Assembly (NCBI GenBank): GCA_050950285.1
Contig: JBMNHG010000006.1
Location: forward strand, 169,167-233,166
Source: Kiritimatiellia bacterium
Lineage (GTDB): Bacteria > Verrucomicrobiota > Kiritimatiellia > RFP12 > JBMNHG01
DNA length: 64,000 bases
Direction: 5' to 3'
In this document: positions 1 to 9,926 of the stretch, in pieces
How the letters are laid out: each line of letters begins with the position of its first letter
How positions within the stretch are numbered: position 1 is the stretch's first letter
Notes under the pieces: generated by a model
The model's database searches: none
Told to the model about the DNA's origin: nothing
What the model saw: the letters and a program-made list of their open reading frames with translations, nothing else
Made by a program: the position numbers and the translations under genes

Positions 1-1403
1 GCCCAGCCGGGCGTGGAGCCGCCGGTAATGCGGTCGTTGCCCGACCCGCGGAGGTACAGCCTGTACGTTCCGGAGCCGCCGTCCGCCGCGGCCGCGCCGC
101 CGGTTGTAAGGTCTTCCCAGACCGACACGTCGGTGGCGTATTGGAGCGTCCCGTTCCACGACGCCGCCTGCGGCCTGACCGTGAAGGGGTTCGTTCCCGA
201 GAAGACGGTGATGTAGGGGTTCGCGGACAGGGGCAACGCCGTGGCCGGCGCGCCGGCCACGGTCGCCTCGTAGCTCGCGCCGCCTGCCAGGAAGACGTAG
301 GCGGCGTCGGGCAGCCAGAGGTGGAGCTTGCCGTTCTCGTCGGCGAAGAGGTCGTTGACGCCGTAGGGATCGAGATTGGAGACGGCGACCGGGGCGTTGG
401 GCACGAGGTTCGTCACCGTCACGCACCAGACGCGCGACGCGCCGTCCGAAGGCGCGGGGGCGATGCGGTTGTTCGCGAGGCGGATCGAGCCGCCGGTGAA
501 GGTGTTCGGGCCGATGGCTGCGGCAGCTCGGCCCGGCCCGATGTCCGCCCCGCCGCTGTTGCCCTGCGCGAAGACCGTGCCGCCGGTGATGGTCGTCGTG
601 CCGCCCGCGCCGGCGGAGCTGGAATAGCTGCTGCCGCCGCCGATGCCCGCGGCCTCGGTGCCGCCCGTCGCCGTCACGGTGCCGCCGTTGATGGTCGTCG
701 TGCCGCCCGCGCCGCCCTTCGCGTATCTGCCGCCTCCGCCGCCGATGCCGGCGCCGCGGTATCTGCTCGTGGCCGTGACCGTGCCGCCGTTGATGGTCAC
801 CGTGCCGCCCGCGACGCCGTAGCCGCCGCCGATGCCCGCGCCACCCCAGTTGCTGGTGGCCACGACCGTGCCGCCGTCGATGGTCACCGTGCCGCACGTG
901 CCGTATGAGTCGCCGCCGATGCCCGCGCCGCCGTTGCCGCCGCCCGTGGCCGTGAGCGAGCCCGCCGTGTCGCCGGGCGCGTTGGTGATGGAGAGCGACG
1001 CGCCCGTCGGGACTCTGAGACCCGCCCCGCTCTCGGTGGAGACGAGCACGTTCTTCCCCGCAAGGAGGAGCGAGACATTGGCTCCGGCCTCCATCGCGAA
1101 GGCGCGCTGGCCCCAGGCAGTCCCCGTGAGCGTCAGGTTCGAGAGCGTGACCGTGTTCGTCACATTTTCCGGGACGACGACGTTCACCTTGCTTGCCGTG
1201 TTCGCGCCGGAAAGCGTGAAGGGGCCCGCGTTCGTGAGCGTGAGCGTGGGCGAGGCATACGTCCAGCCCGGGCCGTTGGTCGAGACGGCGTCGTCGAGGG
1301 CGAAGCCGTTGATCGTCACCCCGGTGGGGGCGGCGAGGGCGGCGGTCGTTGCGACTGTTGCCGCGACGGCGGCAAGGAATCGAATCGGGATGTGTCTTTT
1401 CAT
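1..1403 (-). CDS. Secreted Gly-rich repeat/beta-helix surface protein, paralogue A (partial, runs off the left edge); near-identical to 5329-6734
   Basis: ATG at 1403 (MKRHIPIRFLAAVAATVATTAALAAPTGVTINGF...) with an AAGGA RBS upstream; DNA 1..~1390 matches 5329..~6720 almost base for base. Confidence 0.85.
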   Translation of the reverse strand, partial: MKRHIPIRFLAAVAATVATTAALAAPTGVTINGFALDDAVSTNGPGWTYASPTLTLTNAGPFTLSGANTASKVNVVVPENVTNTVTLSNLTLTGTAWGQRAFAMEAGANVSLLLAGKNVLVSTESGAGLRVPTGASLSITNAPGDTAGSLTATGGGNGGAGIGGDSYGTCGTVTIDGGTVVATSNWGGAGIGGGYGVAGGTVTINGGTVTATSRYRGAGIGGGGGRYAKGGAGGTTTINGGTVTATGGTEAAGIGGGSSYSSSAGAGGTTTITGGTVFAQGNSGGADIGPGRAAAAIGPNTFTGGSIRLANNRIAPAPSDGASRVWCVTVTNLVPNAPVAVSNLDPYGVNDLFADENGKLHLWLPDAAYVFLAGGASYEATVAGAPATALPLSANPYITVFSGTNPFTVRPQAASWNGTLQYATDVSVWEDLTTGGAAAADGGSGTYRLYLRGSGNDRITGGSTPGW

Positions 1404-1434
1404 GGGTGGTTCCTTTTGGGGTTGGGGCAGGGGT

Positions 1435-1546
1435 TTCGACTGACATCGACTGACGCCGACGCCCGTCGACTCCCGTCAGGGAGGAGGTCGACGCCAGTCG
1501 CCTTTGATGGAAGTCGTCCAGTCGAGGGGAGTCGAGGGGAGTCGAA
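1435..1546. repeat. Intergenic imperfect inverted repeat built from ~10-bp-period TCGAC/GTCGA units
   Basis: ttcgactgacatcgactgacgccgacg... paired with ...gtcgaggggagtcgaggggagtcgaa. Confidence 0.6.
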
Positions 1547-1627
1547 AAACATCTGTCGCATGGGGAGCTCCACGGCTGCCGTGGAAGATGGAGTGGCGGG
1601 GCTCTTTTCCATTGAGGGCTTCTTGTC

Positions 1628-4297
1628 CTACGGCATGACGAGGCCGGCTCCCACCTTGAAGAAGCGGCGGGTCGCTTCCGGGTCGCGGGGCATCGCGAAG
1701 GCGAGGGGGCCGGGCTTCGTCGCGTAGATGCGCGCGGCTTCCATCCAGGGGCCGACGAGGTCGTCCGCGGCGTAGAGCGTGTACCAGACGCCGCCCTGGG
1801 CGTTGGCGATCGTGATGGCGAGTGCCGCGTCGCCGACGACGAGCGCCGTGCCGTCCGCGGCGAAGTCCGGCCTTTCGGGATAGCCGGGCGCGTCGAGGTA
1901 GTACGTGGCGCCGATCGCCGGGGCGCCTTTGAAGGTGCCGCCCGTGTAACTGAACATGGAGTTGTTCCAGCTTGTTGCGGGCGTCGCGCCGGCGGGGATG
2001 GCCCACGGCGTTCCGGGACCCTCGGTGTTGAGCTTGAGGCTTGAGCAACAGTAGAACATGTTCTGATAGCAGGAGGAGGCCATCGTCGTGGCCGGCAGCG
2101 CCGGCAGTCTCGTCAGCCCCGTGCAGCCGGAGAACATGTAGTAGTAGCAGTAATTGGCCAGGTTCGTGGCGGGCAGCGCCGGCGCCTGCGTCAGCTTTGT
2201 GCAGTCGGAGAACATGGAGCCGTAGCAGGAGTAGGCCAGCGTCGTGGCCGGCAGCGCCGGCGCCTGCGTCAGGCTCGTGCAACTCTGGAACATATAGCGG
2301 TAGCAGTAGTCGGCCAGCGTCGTGGCGGGCAGCGCCGGCGCCTGCGCCAGGTTCGTGCAACTGTGGAACATGTAGTAGTAGCAGTAATTGGCCAGGTTCG
2401 TGGCGGGCAGCGCCGGCGCCTGCGTCAGCCCCGTGCAGCCGTAGAACATGGCGTAGTAGCAGGAGGGTGCCATCGTCGTGGCGGGCAGCGCCGGCGCCTG
2501 CGTCAGCTTTGTGCAGCCGGAGAACATGTAGCTGTAGCAGGAGGAGGCCAGGTCCGTGGCGGGCAGCGCCGGCGCCTGTGTCAGCCCCGTGCAACCGTAG
2601 AACATGTCGCGGCAGCAGGAGGGAGCCAGTGTTGTGGCGGACAGCGCCGACGCCTGCGTCAGCCCCGTGCAGCCCTGGAACATGTTGCCGTAGCAGGTGT
2701 CGGCCAGGTTCGTGGCGGGCAGCGCCGGCGCCTGCGTCAGCCCTGTGCAGTCCTTGAACATGTTCTGATAGCAGGAGGTCGCCAGATTCATGGCGGGCAG
2801 GGCCGGCGCCTCGGCCAGGCTCGTGCAGCCCTGGAACATGGCGTAGCAGCATTGGGTGGCCAGCGTCGTGGCGGGCAGGGCCGGCGCCTGCGTCAGCTTT
2901 GTGCAATCCTGGAACATGGACTGGTAGCAGGAGAGGGAGAGCGTCGTGGCGGGCAGCGTGGACGGCGCGTTTGTCAGGCTTGTGCAACCCTGGAACATGG
3001 ACTGGTAGCAGTAGTAGTTCAGTGTGGTGGCGGGCAGCGCCGGGGCTTTGGTCAGACTCGTGCAATCGCGGAACATGTATTCGTAGCCGCACCACGTCAC
3101 CGTCATGGCCGGCAGGGCGGGGGCGGCCGTCAGGCTCGCGCAACCTTGGAACATGCAGTAGTAGCATTGGCTGGCCAGGTTCATGGCGGGCAGCGCCGGC
3201 GCGTTCGTCAGCGACGTGCAGCCGTTGAACATGGAAAAGTAGCAGTAGTCGGCCAGCGTCGTGGCGGGCAGGTCGGGTGCAGTCGTCAGGCTCGTGCAGC
3301 CGTTGAACATGGAGCCGTAGCAGGAGGAGGCCAGCGTCGTAGCGGGCAGCGCCGGCGCCTGCGTCAGGCCGGTGCAGCCGTTGAACATGGACTGGTAGCA
3401 TTGGGTGGCCAGCGTCGTGGCGGGCAGTTCCGGCGCCTGCGTCAGCCCCGTGCAGCGGTTGAACATGTAATAGTAACAACTGTGTGCCAGCGTCGTGGCG
3501 GGCAGCGCCGGCGCGTTCGTCAGGCCCGTGCAGTTGCCGAACATGTAATGGTAGCATTCCGTCTCGAGCGCCATGGCGGGCAGTTCCGGCGCCTCGGCCA
3601 GCCCCGTGCAGCCTTCGAACATGTAGTAGTAGCACTTGGTCTTCAGCGCCATGGCGGGCAGCGCCGGCGCCTCGGCCAGGCCGGTGCAGCCCCGGAACAT
3701 GGAGTTGTAGCAGCCCGACGACAGCGTCGTGGCGGGCAGCGCCGGTGCCTGTGTCAGCGCCGTGCAGTCCCGGAACATGGAGTTGTAGCAGCCCGACGAC
3801 AGCGTCGTGGCGGGCAGATCCGGCGCGCTGACGAGCGCCGTGCAGCCGTTGAGCATAGAGCCGTAGCAGTCGTTGGCCATTGCCGGATGTTCGCCGGCGG
3901 CCACCTTCACGTGGTCGAGCAGGGTTTCGATGTTGCCGGAGCAGGCGACCGTCCCCTTGGGGGCGGTGATTTTCCAGGTGGTGCCAATGTAGGTGTTGTT
4001 CGTCCCGCGGAAGTGGAGGTTGTACTTGCCGCCGCCGTCGGGAGCCGCGGCCGCGCCCGCGGCGGTGAAGTTCGTCCAGGTCGTCGCGTCGGTGGAGCAT
4101 TCGACCACCCCGTCCCACCGGGGTGTCCACGACGGTTTGACCGTGAAGCTGTTCGTGCTGGAGAAGGTGATGTAGGCATTCTGCCCCAGGGGGGCGGGCG
4201 GCGCCAAGTCCCCCGTCTCGCCGGCGGGGGCGGCGTGGGCCGCGGCCGCGAAGGCGAGTAGGAGGGAGGCGAGGAGGAGATGGAGGGGTTTTTTCAT
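1628..4297 (-). CDS. Secreted leucine-rich-repeat (BspA-like) protein, paralogue B; 24 copies of a 25-aa repeat plus C-terminal RFFKV domain
   Basis: 889-aa ORF with signal peptide; repeats of LPATTLAxxCYxxMFxGCTxLTQAPA; ends RRFFKVGAGLVMP. Confidence 0.85.
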   Translation of the reverse strand: MKKPLHLLLASLLLAFAAAAHAAPAGETGDLAPPAPLGQNAYITFSSTNSFTVKPSWTPRWDGVVECSTDATTWTNFTAAGAAAAPDGGGKYNLHFRGTNNTYIGTTWKITAPKGTVACSGNIETLLDHVKVAAGEHPAMANDCYGSMLNGCTALVSAPDLPATTLSSGCYNSMFRDCTALTQAPALPATTLSSGCYNSMFRGCTGLAEAPALPAMALKTKCYYYMFEGCTGLAEAPELPAMALETECYHYMFGNCTGLTNAPALPATTLAHSCYYYMFNRCTGLTQAPELPATTLATQCYQSMFNGCTGLTQAPALPATTLASSCYGSMFNGCTSLTTAPDLPATTLADYCYFSMFNGCTSLTNAPALPAMNLASQCYYCMFQGCASLTAAPALPAMTVTWCGYEYMFRDCTSLTKAPALPATTLNYYCYQSMFQGCTSLTNAPSTLPATTLSLSCYQSMFQDCTKLTQAPALPATTLATQCCYAMFQGCTSLAEAPALPAMNLATSCYQNMFKDCTGLTQAPALPATNLADTCYGNMFQGCTGLTQASALSATTLAPSCCRDMFYGCTGLTQAPALPATDLASSCYSYMFSGCTKLTQAPALPATTMAPSCYYAMFYGCTGLTQAPALPATNLANYCYYYMFHSCTNLAQAPALPATTLADYCYRYMFQSCTSLTQAPALPATTLAYSCYGSMFSDCTKLTQAPALPATNLANYCYYYMFSGCTGLTRLPALPATTMASSCYQNMFYCCSSLKLNTEGPGTPWAIPAGATPATSWNNSMFSYTGGTFKGAPAIGATYYLDAPGYPERPDFAADGTALVVGDAALAITIANAQGGVWYTLYAADDLVGPWMEAARIYATKPGPLAFAMPRDPEATRRFFKVGAGLVMP

Positions 4298-4312
4298 GGC
4301 GGGGTTCCTTTT

Positions 4313-4457
4313 GGGGTTGGGGGTTGGGGGCTAGGGGCTAGGGGTTAGGGCAAGAGACGCGAGACAAGAGACAGGGGAGAAGGGCGCGAGACGCGAGACA
4401 GGATACGCGATGCTTTCGCCTTTCCGGGCTTGTCTCGCGTCTCATGTCTCTTGCCCT
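4313..4457. repeat. Conserved array spacer copy 1: (GGGGT/CTA)n G-tract plus long GAGAC/GTCTC heptamer hairpin
   Basis: G-tracts 4313-4350; AGGGCAAGAGAC (4347) ... GTCTCTTGCCCT (4457) inverted ends. Confidence 0.85.
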
Positions 4458-4466
4458 TTCTCCGTC

Positions 4467-6734
4467 CTACGGCATGACGAGGCCGGCTCCCACCTTGAAG
4501 AAGCGGCGGGGCACTTCCGGGTCGCGGGGCATCGTGAAGACGAGGGGGCCGGGCTTCGTCGCGTAGATGCGCCCGACGACCTCCCAGTTTGCTTCGCCGG
4601 GATCGTCCGCCGCGAGGAGCGCGTACCAGACGCCGCCCTGGGCGTTGGCGATCGCGACGGAGAACGCCCCGATGACGACGACGATCGCCGTGCCGTCCGC
4701 GGCGAAGTCCGGCCTTTCGGGATAGCCGGGCGCGTCGAGGTAGTACGTGGCGCCGACCTCCGGGGCGCCCTGGAAGGTGCCGCCCGTGCCGGCGAACATG
4801 CCGGTGTTCCAGCCTGTTGCGGGCGTCGCGCAGGCGGGGATGGCCCACCGCGTTCCGGGGCCCGCGGCGTTCAGTTCGATGCCGGTGCAGCCCTGGAACA
4901 TGGAGTTGTAGCAGGAGGGGGCCAGCGTCGTGGCGGGCAGCGCCGGCAGCCTCGCCAGCCCCGTGCAGCCGGCGAACATGGACTGGTAGCAGTTGTCGGC
5001 CAGATTCGTGGCGGGCAGCGCCGGCACCTCGGCCAGTCCCGTGCAGCCGGCGAACATGGACTGGTAGCAGCGGTCGGCCACCGCCGTGGCGGGCAGCGCC
5101 GGCGCCTGCGTCAGCCCCGTGCAGCCGGCGAACATGGACTGGTAGCAGCCCGCCGCCAGATTCGTGGCGGGCAGCGCCGGCGCGACGGCGAGCGCCGCGC
5201 AGTCCTGGAACAGGTTGGCGAAGCAGTCGGCGGCCATCGCCGGATGCCCGCCCCCGGACACCTCCACGTGGTCGAGGAGGGTCCCGATGTCGCCGGAGCA
5301 GGCGACCATCCCGCCATCGGCGTCGATCGCCCAGCCGGGCGTGGAGCCGCCGGTAATGCGGTCGTTGCCCGACCCGCGGAGGTACAGCCTGTACGTTCCG
5401 GAGCCGCCGTCCGCCGCGGCCGCGCCGCCGGTTGTAAGGTCTTCCCAGACCGACACGTCGGTGGCGTATTGGAGCGTCCCGTTCCACGACGCCGCCTGCG
5501 GCCTGACCGTGAAGGGGTTCGTTCCCGAGAAGACGGTGATGTAGGGGTTCGCGGACAGGGGCAACGCCGTGGCCGGCGCGCCGGCCACGGTCGCCTCGTA
5601 GCTCGCGCCGCCTGCCAGGAAGGCGTAGGCGGCGTCGGGCAGCCAGAGGTGGAGCTTGCCGTTCTCGTCGGCGAAGAGGTCGTTGACGCCGTAGGGATCG
5701 AGATTGGAGACGGCGACCGGGGCGTTGGGCACGAGGTTCGTCACCGTCACGCACCAGACGCGCGACGCGCCGTCCGAAGGCGCGGGGGCGATGCGGTTGT
5801 TCGCGAGGCGGATCGAGCCGCCGGTGAAGGTGTTCGGGCCGATGGCTGCGGCAGCTCGGCCGGGCCCGATGTCCGCCCCGCCGCTGTTGCCCTGCGCGAA
5901 GACCGTGCCGCCGGTGATGGTCGTCGTGCCGCCCGCGCCGGCGGAGCTGGAATAGCTGCTGCCGCCGCCGATGCCCGCGGCCTCGGTGCCGCCCGTCGCC
6001 GTCACGGTGCCGCCGTTGATGGTCGTCGTGCCGCCCGCGCCGCCGTTCGCGTATCTGCCGCCTCCGCCGCCGATGCCGGCGCCGCGGTATCTGCTCGTGG
6101 CCGTGACCGTGCCGCCGTTGATGGTCACCGTGCCGCCCGCGACGCCGTAGCCGCCGCCGATGCCCGCGCCACCCCAGTTGCTGGTGGCCACGACCGTGCC
6201 GCCGTCGATGGTCACCGTGCCGCACGTGCCGCCGTATGAGTCGCCGCCGATGCCCGCGCCGCCGTCGCCGCCGCCCGTGGCCGTGAGCGAGCCCGTCGCG
6301 TCGCCGGGCGCGTTGGTGATGGAGAGCGACGCGCCCGTCGGGACTCTGAGACCCGCCCCGCCCTCGGTGGAGACGAGCACGTTCTTCCCCGCAAGGAGGA
6401 GCGAGACATTGGCTCCGGCCTCCATCGCGAAGGCGCGCTGGCCCCAGGCAGTCCCCGTGAGCGTCAAGTCCGAGAGCGTTACCGTGTTCGTCACATTTTC
6501 CGGGACGACGACGTTCACCTTGCTTGTCGTGTTCGCGCCGGAAAGCGTGAAAGGGCCCGCGTTCGTGAGCGTGAGCGTGGGCGAGGCATACGTCCAGCCC
6601 GGGCCGTTGGTCGAGACGGCGTCGTCGAGGGCGAAGCCGTTGATCGTCACCCCGGTGGGGGCGGCGAGGGCGGCGGTCGTTGCGACTGTTGCCGCGACGG
6701 CGGCAAGGAATCGAATCAGGGTGTGTTTTTTCAT
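4467..6734 (-). CDS. Secreted chimeric protein, paralogue C: Gly-rich beta-helix module, 5 LRR-like repeats, RFFKV domain
   Basis: 755-aa ORF; signal peptide; AGIGGG..GGTVTINGGTVTAT repeats; CYQSMFAGCT repeats; ends RRFFKVGAGLVMP. Confidence 0.85.
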   Translation of the reverse strand: MKKHTLIRFLAAVAATVATTAALAAPTGVTINGFALDDAVSTNGPGWTYASPTLTLTNAGPFTLSGANTTSKVNVVVPENVTNTVTLSDLTLTGTAWGQRAFAMEAGANVSLLLAGKNVLVSTEGGAGLRVPTGASLSITNAPGDATGSLTATGGGDGGAGIGGDSYGGTCGTVTIDGGTVVATSNWGGAGIGGGYGVAGGTVTINGGTVTATSRYRGAGIGGGGGRYANGGAGGTTTINGGTVTATGGTEAAGIGGGSSYSSSAGAGGTTTITGGTVFAQGNSGGADIGPGRAAAAIGPNTFTGGSIRLANNRIAPAPSDGASRVWCVTVTNLVPNAPVAVSNLDPYGVNDLFADENGKLHLWLPDAAYAFLAGGASYEATVAGAPATALPLSANPYITVFSGTNPFTVRPQAASWNGTLQYATDVSVWEDLTTGGAAAADGGSGTYRLYLRGSGNDRITGGSTPGWAIDADGGMVACSGDIGTLLDHVEVSGGGHPAMAADCFANLFQDCAALAVAPALPATNLAAGCYQSMFAGCTGLTQAPALPATAVADRCYQSMFAGCTGLAEVPALPATNLADNCYQSMFAGCTGLARLPALPATTLAPSCYNSMFQGCTGIELNAAGPGTRWAIPACATPATGWNTGMFAGTGGTFQGAPEVGATYYLDAPGYPERPDFAADGTAIVVVIGAFSVAIANAQGGVWYALLAADDPGEANWEVVGRIYATKPGPLVFTMPRDPEVPRRFFKVGAGLVMP

Positions 6735-6745
6735 GGCGTGTCCTT

Positions 6746-6902
6746 GGGGGGTTAGGGGTTAGGGGTTAGGGCAAGAGACGAGAGACAAGAGACAAGGGGA
6801 GGAGGGCGCGAGACGGAAGACGGGCGCTTCCGCCTTCCTTGGCTTGTCTCGCGTCTCATGTCTCGTGTCCTCTCGCGTCTCTCGTCTCATGTCTCTTGCC
6901 CT
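6746..6902. repeat. Conserved array spacer copy 2
   Basis: GGGGGGTTAGGGGTTAGGGGTTAGGG (6746-6771) then hairpin 6768-6902. Confidence 0.85.
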
Positions 6903-9555
6903 TTCTCCGTCACGGCTGGGTGGCGCTGGCCTCCACCTTGAAGAAGCGGCTGGGGGCGGTGGCGTCGAGGTTGTCGAAGACGAGGTCGCCATCGTTTTCG
7001 GCGCAGACGCTCTCCACGATCTCCCAGGTTCCGCCGAGCGTGTCCGCTGCATAGAGCGAATACCAGATGCCGCTTTGGGCGTTGGTGATCTTGATGGAGA
7101 ACGACGTGCCGTCGAAGGCGAAGCCCGAGCCGTCCGTGGCGAAGACGGGCGCGGCGGGGCCGCCCGACGATCCTTGGGTCGCCGTAGTCGGCGCGTTGGC
7201 GACGGTGGCGGTGTAGGCGGCGCCGTCCGCCGTGAAGGCGTAGCTGCCATCCGGAAGCCAGAGGTAGAGCTTGCCGGCGGCGTCGGCGACGAGATCGTTG
7301 ACGCCGAAGGTGGCGGGGAGGCTTTCGGCGGGCAGGGCGATCTCGACGGGCGCGTTGGGCGTGAGGTTCGGCACGGTCACGCACCAGACGCGCTCCGCGC
7401 CGTTGCTGGGCGCGGCGGCCGCGTAGCCGCCGTCGATGCGGATGGAGCCGCCGGTGAAGGTGCTCGTGCCGGAGACGTTCGGCGTCGTGCCGCCGTCCTC
7501 CAGATCGCCGATGCCGCCGCCGATGGCCGGGCCACCGCCCGCGCCGCCGGTCGCGAGGACGGTGCCGCCGGAGACGGCCAGGGTTGCGCCCTCGCCGCCG
7601 TCGCCCCATGGCGAGGAGCCGCCGCCGATGCCGGGCGCGTAATCGCCGCCGGTTGCCGTGACCCGTCCGCCGTGGACGAACACCATGCCGCCTGGATCGC
7701 CGCTGTCATACGGGTCGCAGCCGCCGCCGATGCCGGCGCCGGCGACGCCGCCGGTTGCCGTGACCGTGCCGCCGTTGATGGTCACCGTGCCGCCATAGCC
7801 GCTGTCGTCCGTGACGTAGCCGCTCGTGCCGATGCCGGCGCCGTAGCGGGCGCCGACGGCCGTCACGATGCCGCCGTTGACGGTCACCGTGCCGACCCCC
7901 GCGCCGCCGCCGATTCCGGGGGCGTATTTCATGCCGCCGACGGCCGTCACGATGCCGCCGTTGATGGTCATCGTGCCGCCCGCATCGACGGCGTCCCACG
8001 TGCCGCCGCCGCCGATGCCGGCGCCGCCGTAGCCGCCCGTCGCGGTCAGCGCGCTGACCTCGTCGCCGGGCGCGTTGGTGATGGCGAGCGTCCGCCCCGC
8101 CACGACTTCAAGACCGGCGCGGCCGGAGCCGGAGGCAAGCGTGTTCGCTCCTGCGAGGGTCAGCGAGACGTTGGCGTTCGTCTCCAGCGCGAAGGCGCAC
8201 AGCGTGCCGCCCAATGCCTTGAGCGTCAGGTTCGAGAGTTCGACCGCGTTGGTGACGCCTTCCGGCACGACGACGCAGACGCCGCCGGCTCCGTTGACGC
8301 CCGACAGGGTGAAGGGGCCTTCGCCGGAGAGCGTGAGGATGCGGGTTTCCGCATCGTAGCTCCAATCGGCGGGGGGAACCGTCGGGAAGGCGACCTCTTC
8401 GCCGTTGACGGTCACGCCGGTCGGGCCGACGCCGTCTTGGATCTTCACAGTTTCATCGCCTCCGTTCGCCGTGAAGCCGTGCTCGCCGTTCGGGAGCCAA
8501 AGGTAGATGGCGCCGCCGTCGTCGGCGGCGATGTCGTTGCCGCCGTATCCTGCCGGCGCGGTGAGCGTGACGGGTTCGTTGGGGTCGAAGCCCGTCACCA
8601 CCGCGCAGAAGACCTGTTCCGTGCCGTTCGAGGGCGCGGGGGAGGCGAATGATCCGCCCAGGCGGATCGAGCCGCCGGTGAAGGTGGTCGTGCCGATGTT
8701 CGCGCCATCGCCTCCCGGCCCGATGTCCGCGCCGTCGCCGTTGCCTTGCGCGAAGACCGTGCCGCCGGAAATGGCGACCGTGCCACCGGCTCCTCCGGAA
8801 TAGCTGAAGTAGCAACCGCCGCCGCCGATGCCGGCGCCGGTGCTTTCTCCGCCTGTCGCCGTCACGGTGCCGCCGGAAATGGTCACCGTGCCGGCGTCGC
8901 CATCGCCGCCGCCGCCGATGCCGGCGCCGGCGCTTTCTCCGCCTGTCGCCGTCACGGTGCCGCCGGAAATGGTCACCGTGCCGCCGGCGCCCGATCTGCT
9001 GCCGCCGATGCCCGCGCCGCCATGCATTCCGCCCAACGCCGTCACGGTGCCGCCGGAGATGGTCACGGTGCCGGCGTCGCCGTTGTTGCCCTGATCGCAG
9101 CCGCCGATGCCGGCGCCGCCGTCGGCGCCTTGCGCGACGACCGTGCCGCCGGTGATGGTCACGATGCCCCCTGTGCCTCTTGCATAGGCGCCGCTGCCGA
9201 TGCCGGAGCCGGACATGTTGCCTGTTGCGACGACGGTGCCGCCGGAGATGGTGACGTTCCCGCCGTTCCCGCCTTCGCCGCCGCCGATGCCCGCGCCGCC
9301 GTACGCTCCGCCCGTCGCCGTCACGGCGCCGCCGGAGATCTCGATCGTGCCGCCGTGCGCGCTGAGCTCGCTCCAGGGGTCGTCGTTGCCGGCGCCGATG
9401 CCGGCGCCGTAGTCGCCGCCCGTTGCGACGATCGTCCCGCCGGAAACCTTCAGCGTGCCACCTGCGCTGTCGTCGCCGCCGCCGATGCCGGCGGGCGCAT
9501 CTCCGTTTTGCTCCCCACCTCGTCCATCGGGAAGACTGGGGCAGGTTTTGAGGGG

Positions 9556-9852
9556 CTAGCGTTGTCGCGACTTTGCCAGTGCCAGCGAGGCCAGAACCAG
9601 TTCTTCGCAAAGGCGCTTGAACGTCTGGTAGTTTTCGAGTTCTGCCTTCACACGTTCCAGATCGGCTTCGCGTACATAGTCCGAGCGGCTTCGCTTCTGG
9701 ATCGTGTAGCTGATCTGGTAGAACGGCCCGGCCTTCTCCTTGGGCTTTTGGTATTGCACGCTGAGCCGTCCGGGGCGCATGGGCCCGAGAGCCACGATCT
9801 GCTCTTTGATGGCACGAATCTTCTCTTCATCGCCTGAGGTGTCTTTTTCCAT
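9556..9852 (-). CDS. IS accessory protein, DUF6788-like
   Basis: MEKDTSGDEEKIRAIKEQIVALGPMRPGRLSVQYQK...GPFYQISYT...YVREADLERVKAELENYQTFKRL; AAAGGAG RBS upstream. Confidence 0.7.
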   Translation of the reverse strand: MEKDTSGDEEKIRAIKEQIVALGPMRPGRLSVQYQKPKEKAGPFYQISYTIQKRSRSDYVREADLERVKAELENYQTFKRLCEELVLASLALAKSRQR

Positions 9853-9860
9853 CTGGTTTC

Positions 9861-9916
9861 TCCTTTCGCGCTTGATGCTATAGCATTCGAATGCTATAGT
9901 ATCAAGCGCGAAAGGA
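9861..9916. promoter_or_regulatory. 56-bp near-perfect palindrome holding superimposed divergent sigma70-like promoters and an RBS-like AAAGGA at each end
   Basis: TCCTTTCGCGCTTGATGCTATAGCATTCGAATGCTATAGTATCAAGCGCGAAAGGA, one mismatch (9877/9900); plus strand TTGATG-17-TATAGT, minus strand TTGATA-17-TATAGC. Confidence 0.75.
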
Positions 9917-9926
9917 AGGAAAGACA

